This document shows, piece by piece, positions 58,045 to 64,000 of a stretch of 64,000 nt of DNA (positions within the stretch are counted from its first letter, which is position 1; each line of letters opens with the position of its first letter). The stretch is from Candidatus Omnitrophota bacterium (GTDB lineage Bacteria; Omnitrophota; Gorgyraeia; JAGLLT01): assembly GCA_023140385.1 (NCBI GenBank), contig JAGLLT010000002.1, forward strand, positions 24,295 through 88,294, written 5' to 3'. The translations under genes and the position numbers were made by a program. Below the pieces are notes generated by a model. The model saw only the letters and a list, made by a program, of their open reading frames with translations, had not been told where the DNA came from and searched no databases.

Positions 58045-59668
58045 AGCGTCTGTTTATCTAAATAGATTAATTAAAAAAAAGGCACTGTTTATCACAACAG
58101 TGTCTTTTTTTATTTTTAGCGTTCCTCTAGCCGGCGCCCAGGAGATACTCAGCTACGGAGATGCCTATGTATCCGGCTCTATCGCCGATGCCATAACCCT
58201 TATCCCGTTTTTAGCTACTGACAGTACATCGGGCAATATTAACTCGATGATTTTTAACGGCCTCACCAAGGTAGACAAAGATTTAAATATAACCGGCGAC
58301 CTGGCGGAAAGCTATGATGTCTCGGATGATAAGCTGACCATAACTTTTCATTTAAGAAAAAACGTCTTATGGCAGGATGGTGTTAAGTTTACCGCTGACG
58401 ATGTTAAGTTTACCTTTGACATTATCCTTGACCCGCGAAACGCGGCTCCCTATGCCGCGAACTTTCAGGACATAGAGGAGATTAAGGTTGTTGATAAGTA
58501 TACCGTCCAATTTAAGTACAGGAAGCCTTATGCCCCGGCTCTGTTAAAATTAGGTACCGCGATTATACCCAAACATCTTTTAAAAAATATAGATATTAAA
58601 AATTGTAATTTTGCCAGAGACCCCGTTGGTACAGGCCCTTATAAATTAGCCGAGTGGAAAACAGACCAGCATATAATATTAGACTCTTTTTACAATTATT
58701 TTGAAGGGCGGCCTTTCATTGACAAGTACGTTGAACGTGTTATTCCTAATCAGGCGGTTCAATTTTTAGAGCTGATTACAGGAGGCATAGACTCTATGGG
58801 CCTTACTCCATACCAATATAAATACCGCACAGACACAAAAAAGTTTAAAGAGCGATTTGTTAAGTATAAATATTTAAGCCGTTCCTATACCTACATCGGC
58901 TATAATCTTAAAGACCCCCTATTTGAGGACAAAAGGGTCAGGCAGGCCTTGTCATACGCGGTAGATAGGAAAGCTATAATAGATGGTGTTTTAATGGGGA
59001 TGGGAGAGGAGTGCACCGGCCCTTTTATAAAAGGTACGTATGCCTACAATGAAGAGGTTAGGAAGTATCCTTATAATCCCCAAAAAGCAAAGGAACTATT
59101 GAAGGAAGCCGGCTGGATTGATAGGAATAACGACGGTATTTTGGAAAAGGATGGGCTGAAGTTTTCTTTTAAATTAATTACTAATCAGGGCAATAAACAA
59201 AGGGAGGACGTAGCTACCATTATCCAGCAGAACTGGCGGGAGATAGGGGTTGAAGTTGAGATACAGGCTATCGCCTGGGCGGCTTTTATAACCGAGTTTG
59301 TAGATAAAAGGAACTTTCAAGCCTTGATTTTAGGCTGGACTATGCCCATAGACCCGGATAACTATAACGTCTGGCATTCAGACTCAATGAAAGACGGCGG
59401 GCTTAATTTTATCAGCTACCGGAATAAAGAGGTTGACTCTCTAATTGAGAGGGGAAGAGAGACTTATAATCAAGACGAAAGGCAGAGGATATACCGCAAA
59501 ATTCACGAGATAACGGCTGAAGAACAGCCCTACACCTTTTTATATTTTCCCTATGCCCTGCCCGCGGTTTCAAAAAGGTTTAAAGGTATAGAGCCGGCGC
59601 CGGCAGGTATCAGTTACAACTTTATTAAATGGTATGTTCCCGAAGTTGAACAAAAATATACCCGTTAA
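58025..59668 (+). CDS. Peptide ABC transporter substrate-binding protein (family 5, OppA/AppA-like)
   Basis: GDLAES, FHLRKNVLWQDG--FTADDVKFT, PVGTGPYK, DKRVRQALSYAVDR. Confidence 0.93.
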   Translation: MNRLKSKASVYLNRLIKKKALFITTVSFFIFSVPLAGAQEILSYGDAYVSGSIADAITLIPFLATDSTSGNINSMIFNGLTKVDKDLNITGDLAESYDVSDDKLTITFHLRKNVLWQDGVKFTADDVKFTFDIILDPRNAAPYAANFQDIEEIKVVDKYTVQFKYRKPYAPALLKLGTAIIPKHLLKNIDIKNCNFARDPVGTGPYKLAEWKTDQHIILDSFYNYFEGRPFIDKYVERVIPNQAVQFLELITGGIDSMGLTPYQYKYRTDTKKFKERFVKYKYLSRSYTYIGYNLKDPLFEDKRVRQALSYAVDRKAIIDGVLMGMGEECTGPFIKGTYAYNEEVRKYPYNPQKAKELLKEAGWIDRNNDGILEKDGLKFSFKLITNQGNKQREDVATIIQQNWREIGVEVEIQAIAWAAFITEFVDKRNFQALILGWTMPIDPDNYNVWHSDSMKDGGLNFISYRNKEVDSLIERGRETYNQDERQRIYRKIHEITAEEQPYTFLYFPYALPAVSKRFKGIEPAPAGISYNFIKWYVPEVEQKYTR

Positions 59669-59677
59669 GGGGCAGAT

Positions 59678-60649
59678 ATGTTTAAATACATAGTTAAAAG
59701 ATTATTTTTGATACCCCCCATGCTTATGGGCATCTCCCTGATTGCGCTTCTGGCTATGCACCTTACTCCGGGCGATCCGGCAAGTATGCGCTACGGGCTT
59801 AATCCTGAAGTCTCGGGTTCGGCGAGGGCGCATCTAAAGGAGCTTTACGGCCTGGATAAGCCGGTTATTGTTCAGTATGGAGGATGGCTTAAAAGAATAG
59901 TAACCCTGGACTTTGGAGATTCATTCATTGACGACCGGCCTGTGATAGAGAAAATAAAAGAGCGCCTGCCGGCTACACTTATCCTGCAAATTTCGGCGCT
60001 TATCCTTATTTTTTCAATTGCTCTGCCCATCGGTGTAATGTCGGCCGTCAAACAAAACTCGTTTTTTGATAAGGCGACCACCTTTTTAGTTTTTGTAGGT
60101 TTTGCCACACCGACCTTCTGGCTGGCACTGCTATTGATGAGGTTTTTTGGTTTTCAACTGGAGTGGCTGCCGATTTCAGGGATGAGCCCCTGGTATGCTC
60201 AGGATTACTCCTTGCCGCATAGAATTCTGGATTTATTATGGCATCTAATTTTACCGCTTTTCACCCTGGCCTTTACCGGCCTGGCCGGCATATCACGCTA
60301 TACGCGTTACAGTATGCTGGAGGTTATCAGGCAGGATTATATCAGGACCGCCCGGGCTAAAGGGTTAAAAGAAAACAAAATTATATACCATCACGCCTTA
60401 AAAAACGCGCTCCTGCCGGTTATAACAATTCTGGGATTGACCTTGCCGGCTTTAATCGGCGGAAGTTTTATCTTTGAAACGATATTTGCCTGGCCCGGCA
60501 TGGGAAGGCTGATGTATACGGCTATTTTGCAGTACGACTATCCGGTGGTTATGGGGGTAGGCATAATAAGTGTTTTTCTGACATTAACCGGAATTTTAAT
60601 CTCCGATATTTTGTATGCCGTAGTAGATCCAAGGATTAGATATGAATAA
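59678..60649 (+). CDS. Peptide ABC transporter permease (OppB/DppB-like)
   Basis: PGDP, GLDKP, DFGDS, QDYIRTARAKGL (EAA loop), ETIFAWPGMG, DPRIR. Confidence 0.94.
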   Translation: MFKYIVKRLFLIPPMLMGISLIALLAMHLTPGDPASMRYGLNPEVSGSARAHLKELYGLDKPVIVQYGGWLKRIVTLDFGDSFIDDRPVIEKIKERLPATLILQISALILIFSIALPIGVMSAVKQNSFFDKATTFLVFVGFATPTFWLALLLMRFFGFQLEWLPISGMSPWYAQDYSLPHRILDLLWHLILPLFTLAFTGLAGISRYTRYSMLEVIRQDYIRTARAKGLKENKIIYHHALKNALLPVITILGLTLPALIGGSFIFETIFAWPGMGRLMYTAILQYDYPVVMGVGIISVFLTLTGILISDILYAVVDPRIRYE

Positions 60650-61487
60650 GAAGAAAAGAGACTGGAGAAAAAGATACGCCTTTGTCGGATTGAGCGTCAT
60701 TATCGTGATGTTTGCCGCGGCAATCTTTGCCGGTTTTATTACGGCCTATTCGCCGAATGAGACAAACCTTGCTCCTGAGGCAAAGTTACAGCCTCCCTCA
60801 AGAGAGCATCTTTTGGGTACAGATGACCTGGGGCGCGATGTCTTTTCGCGTATGGTTTACGGCGCCAGAATTTCTTTGAGTGTAGGTTTTGTGGCGGTTA
60901 TCATTTCCGTCGTAATAGGGGTGGTTCTGGGAGCGATCTCCGGTTATTACGGCGGCTGGGTTGACATTCTCATTATGCGTGTAGTGGAAATCGTTATGTG
61001 TTTTCCGCGAATATTTTTAATATTAATGTTTCTGGCTTTTTTAGGGCCGAGCATTATTACGGTGATGGTGATTATTGGAGTAACCGGCTGGACAGGACTA
61101 GCGAGGCTGGTGAGGGCGGAATTTCTTTCCTTAAAAGAAAGGGACTATGTGCAGGCGGCCAGGGCGCTGGGGGCTTCGGACTTCAGGATAATTTTCAGGC
61201 ATATACTGCCTAATGCTCTCTCGCCCGTCTATGTCAGCGCGATTTTAGGTGTTGGCGGGGCCATACTAATTGAGTCTGCGCTTAGCTTTTTAGGGCTGGG
61301 AGTTCAGATTCCAATGGCTAGCTGGGGCAATATTTTGACATCGGGTATGCACTACATTGAAAGCGCCTGGTGGCTGATGCTCTTTCCGGGACTGGCAATA
61401 CTGATTACCGTTTTAAGCTATAACATTTTAGGAGAGGCCCTGAGAGATTTGCTTGACCCGAGGCTTAAAGGGTACGGACAAAAATAA
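60642..61487 (+). CDS. Peptide ABC transporter permease (OppC/DppC-like)
   Basis: LGTDDLGRDVFSR, YVQAARALGA, RHILPN, ESALSFLGLG, SWG. Confidence 0.94.
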   Translation: MNKKKRDWRKRYAFVGLSVIIVMFAAAIFAGFITAYSPNETNLAPEAKLQPPSREHLLGTDDLGRDVFSRMVYGARISLSVGFVAVIISVVIGVVLGAISGYYGGWVDILIMRVVEIVMCFPRIFLILMFLAFLGPSIITVMVIIGVTGWTGLARLVRAEFLSLKERDYVQAARALGASDFRIIFRHILPNALSPVYVSAILGVGGAILIESALSFLGLGVQIPMASWGNILTSGMHYIESAWWLMLFPGLAILITVLSYNILGEALRDLLDPRLKGYGQK

Positions 61488-61488
61488 G

Positions 61489-62439
61489 ATGCTTAAAGTC
61501 AGAAACTTAAAAACCTATTTTTATACCCAGCGCGGTACGGTTAAGGCGTGTGACGATATCAGCTTTGACATTGACCACGGCAGAAACCTCGGGCTAGTGG
61601 GTGAGTCCGGCTGCGGCAAGAGTATGTGCTGTCTTTCTATATTAAAACTAATACCGCCTGAAGGAAATATTGTATCGGGTGAGGTTTTATATAAGGGTAG
61701 AGATATCCTTTCTATGGATAATAAAGAGCTGAGAAAGATAAGAGGCAATAAGATATCAATGATTTTTCAGGAGCCGATGACTTCTTTAAATCCGGTTCTA
61801 AGTATTGGGGAGCAGATGACAGAGGCTGTTCTTGCTCACAAAGATATAAATTATAAGGAAGCAAAGGCCTTATCAATTGAACTGTTAAGTAAGGTAAAAA
61901 TAGACAGGCCCAAAAGCCGCTTCAGCGAATACCCGCATAATTTAAGCGGCGGGATGAGGCAGAGGGTGATGATTGCTATGGCAATATCCTGCCGGCCGGA
62001 TATCCTGATTGCCGATGAGCCGACAACGGCGCTTGATGTGACTATACAGGCGGGAATTCTCGAACTGCTCGATGAACTGCAGAATGAATATAATATGTCG
62101 GTTTTGATAGTCAGCCATGACTTTGGAGTAATCGCACGCCTGGCAGACAGGGTGGCGGTAATGTATGCCGGAGAAATTGTTGAGTACGCCGGCGCGGAGG
62201 ATCTCTTTAAAAATCCGCTTCATCTTTACACAAAGGGGTTGTTATCTTCCATTAAACAGATAGACAAGAGAGACAAAAGATTGTCCACCCTTAAAGGGGC
62301 TGTATGCGAATTGGATAATCTGCCGAAAGGATGCAGATTTTCACCCCGCTGTGATTTGGCCTCTTCAGAGTGCCGGGAGGCTTTGCCCGAACTAAAAGAG
62401 ATTAGCGCGGGGCATTTTGTCAGATGTGTAAAAAGTTAG
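61489..62439 (+). CDS. Peptide ABC transporter ATPase (OppD/DppD-like)
   Basis: GESGCGKS, LSGGMRQR, IADEPTTALD, C-terminal Cys cluster. ATG at 61489. Confidence 0.95.
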   Translation: MLKVRNLKTYFYTQRGTVKACDDISFDIDHGRNLGLVGESGCGKSMCCLSILKLIPPEGNIVSGEVLYKGRDILSMDNKELRKIRGNKISMIFQEPMTSLNPVLSIGEQMTEAVLAHKDINYKEAKALSIELLSKVKIDRPKSRFSEYPHNLSGGMRQRVMIAMAISCRPDILIADEPTTALDVTIQAGILELLDELQNEYNMSVLIVSHDFGVIARLADRVAVMYAGEIVEYAGAEDLFKNPLHLYTKGLLSSIKQIDKRDKRLSTLKGAVCELDNLPKGCRFSPRCDLASSECREALPELKEISAGHFVRCVKS

Positions 62440-62449
62440 GAATTTAGAT

Positions 62450-63358
62450 ATGAAGGTTATTGTTGAGGTAAAAGGCTTAAAAAAACAGTACTTCGCGGGT
62501 AGAGGCCTGTTCAGGAAGGAAGCGGATATTATAAGGGCCGTTGACGGCCTGGACTTGACCTTATATAAAGGCAAAAACCTTGGGCTGGTGGGTGAGTCCG
62601 GCTGCGGCAAGACTACGGCGGGCAAACTTATTCTGGGGCTTATAAGGCCTGATAGCGGCAGTGTGAAGATAAACGGTACTGATGTCTTTGATAAGTGTAA
62701 AAAGAAGCGGCTTTTGTTAAAGAAGTCGGCCCAGATAATATTTCAGGATCCCTATGGTTCGCTTAACCCCCGAATGAAAATTGGAGATATTGTATTAGAG
62801 GGTGTTGATATATTCAGACTGGCAAAAAAAGAGGGTAGAGAGAAAAGGTTAAAAAAACTACTTGGGCTTGTCGGACTGCCTTATTTTGCTAAAGACAAAT
62901 ATCCCCATCAGTTTTCAGGCGGGGAACGCCAGAGAATAGCTATTGCCAGGGCGCTTTCAACCGAGCCGGAGTTTATCGTTTGCGATGAGGCGGTTTCCTC
63001 CCTTGATATGTCAATCAGGGCGCAGATTTTAAATCTTCTCAAAGACCTTCAGGACAACCTCGGCCTGAGCTATCTCTTTATCAGCCACGACTTAAATGTT
63101 GTTAAATATATCTCTGACCAAGTGGCGGTGATGTACAGGGGAAGGATAGTAGAGTACGCGGAAAGCAGCCTTCTCTACCAAAACCCCCGCCATCCATACA
63201 CAAAACTTCTATTATCAGCCAACCTCTCTGCCAATCCGGATGAGAGAAAAAGAAAGTTTATCCTGCCCGAACTGGATGATAAATTAACAAAAGAGTACAA
63301 AGAAACACCCCCACCCTTAGAAGAGGTAGAACCCAACCACTTTGTCCAACCCTGTTAA
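62450..63358 (+). CDS. Peptide ABC transporter ATPase (OppF/DppF-like)
   Basis: GESGCGKT, FSGGERQR, VCDEAVSSLD, HPYT. Confidence 0.95.
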   Translation: MKVIVEVKGLKKQYFAGRGLFRKEADIIRAVDGLDLTLYKGKNLGLVGESGCGKTTAGKLILGLIRPDSGSVKINGTDVFDKCKKKRLLLKKSAQIIFQDPYGSLNPRMKIGDIVLEGVDIFRLAKKEGREKRLKKLLGLVGLPYFAKDKYPHQFSGGERQRIAIARALSTEPEFIVCDEAVSSLDMSIRAQILNLLKDLQDNLGLSYLFISHDLNVVKYISDQVAVMYRGRIVEYAESSLLYQNPRHPYTKLLLSANLSANPDERKRKFILPELDDKLTKEYKETPPPLEEVEPNHFVQPC

Positions 63359-63369
63359 AAATAGTAGTA

Positions 63370-63397
63370 CGTATCGCGTCGCGCGTATCGCGCAGGA
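63370..63397. repeat. Short degenerate heptamer tandem repeat between convergent genes
   Basis: CGTATCG CGTCGCG CGTATCG CGCAGGA. Confidence 0.4.
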
Positions 63398-63420
63398 AAG
63401 AAAAAATGAGTGAAATTAGG

Positions 63421-63876
63421 TCAGGCGGATTGGGTTGATATATCGATTTTCCTTATAAAAAAAACATATATCAAGCTTAGAACATAAATAGCGGCTACCC
63501 ACCAGTAGGGATATGAAGTGATTTTGAACGTTATTGCGGCGTTATCATTTTGCATCATAATCTGAGCTTCTTTTATTAATTTTATATATTGTTCTGTGTT
63601 GGGATCAATCTTCCATAACGCTACAGATAGGGTAATTCCCAAATATCCAGATAGCGCCCATTTTGCCTTAGGCGAGTTTCTAAAAAAGAAAATAGCAGCT
63701 ATTATCCCCATTAAAAAAAGCAATATTATCCTAAGGGTAATCAGGAGGAAGGGGATTCCAGTATAATAGTTAAATGTAGTCTCGTAAATAACTGCGTCGA
63801 AAAAGAATAATAGAAGAAAGAGCAGCTCCATAGTTATTAAGTATGCTATAATTCTATCTACGATTTTATACTTCAT
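63421..63876 (-). CDS. Hypothetical membrane protein (about 4 TM)
   Basis: 151 aa hydrophobic ORF with an AGGAG RBS. Confidence 0.7.
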   Translation of the reverse strand: MKYKIVDRIIAYLITMELLFLLLFFFDAVIYETTFNYYTGIPFLLITLRIILLFLMGIIAAIFFFRNSPKAKWALSGYLGITLSVALWKIDPNTEQYIKLIKEAQIMMQNDNAAITFKITSYPYWWVAAIYVLSLIYVFFIRKIDISTQSA

Positions 63877-63901
63877 TTATCGCTCCTAAATGTTGATGCA
63901 A

Positions 63902-64000
63902 TTACTCTCCATAATGAGTTTTAGTCCTGTGAACATAAATTATCTTTTTCTTCTCATCTACGGAATAAATAATCCTATCTTTATATGTAAGCCTGATGGA
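63902..64000 (-). CDS. Partial (3' end) RelE/YoeB (Txe)-like type II toxin
   Basis: Manual translation SIRLTYKDRIIYSVDEKKKIIYVHRTKTHYGE*, matching the S-R-x4-R-[IL]-[IV]-Y...THY C-terminal pattern of YoeB/RelE toxins. Not in the ORF track. Confidence 0.65.
   Translation of the reverse strand, partial: SIRLTYKDRIIYSVDEKKKIIYVHRTKTHYGE

Overview
Bacterial chromosomal window with an AT-rich look. The gene content suggests a PVC-group organism such as Omnitrophota, but that is an impression only. Positions 1 to ~47.7 kb hold one very large, co-oriented, tightly coupled cell-surface glycan locus. It contains GT2/GT4/CgeB-type glycosyltransferases, nucleotide-sugar enzymes (two DegT aminotransferases, two NAD-dependent epimerase/decarboxylases, a WbpB/WbpD/WbpE-like trio, a WecD-like GNAT) and many tailoring enzymes (five class I SAM methyltransferases, two B12-dependent radical SAM enzymes, an O-carbamoyltransferase, an AsnB-like amidotransferase). 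Its most striking feature is seven multi-TM proteins with GT-C-fold hallmarks: four ~1030-1170 aa DUF3367/AftD-like paralogs, two ~509 aa paralogs with DTW/DYPP motifs, and one YfhO-like protein. These are interleaved with the tailoring genes in a repeated cassette pattern. Housekeeping genes follow: gmhB, an MGDG-synthase-like GT, family 4 UDG, a PriA with degenerate helicase motifs, a divergent TPR gene and fmt with near-consensus sigma70 promoters, gap-pgk-tpiA-secG, an Opp/Dpp ABC transporter, a small membrane protein, and the 3' end of a probable RelE/YoeB-type toxin at the right edge. No rRNA, tRNA, CRISPR array or transposase was recognised. All family calls come from motif recognition by eye, not database searches.
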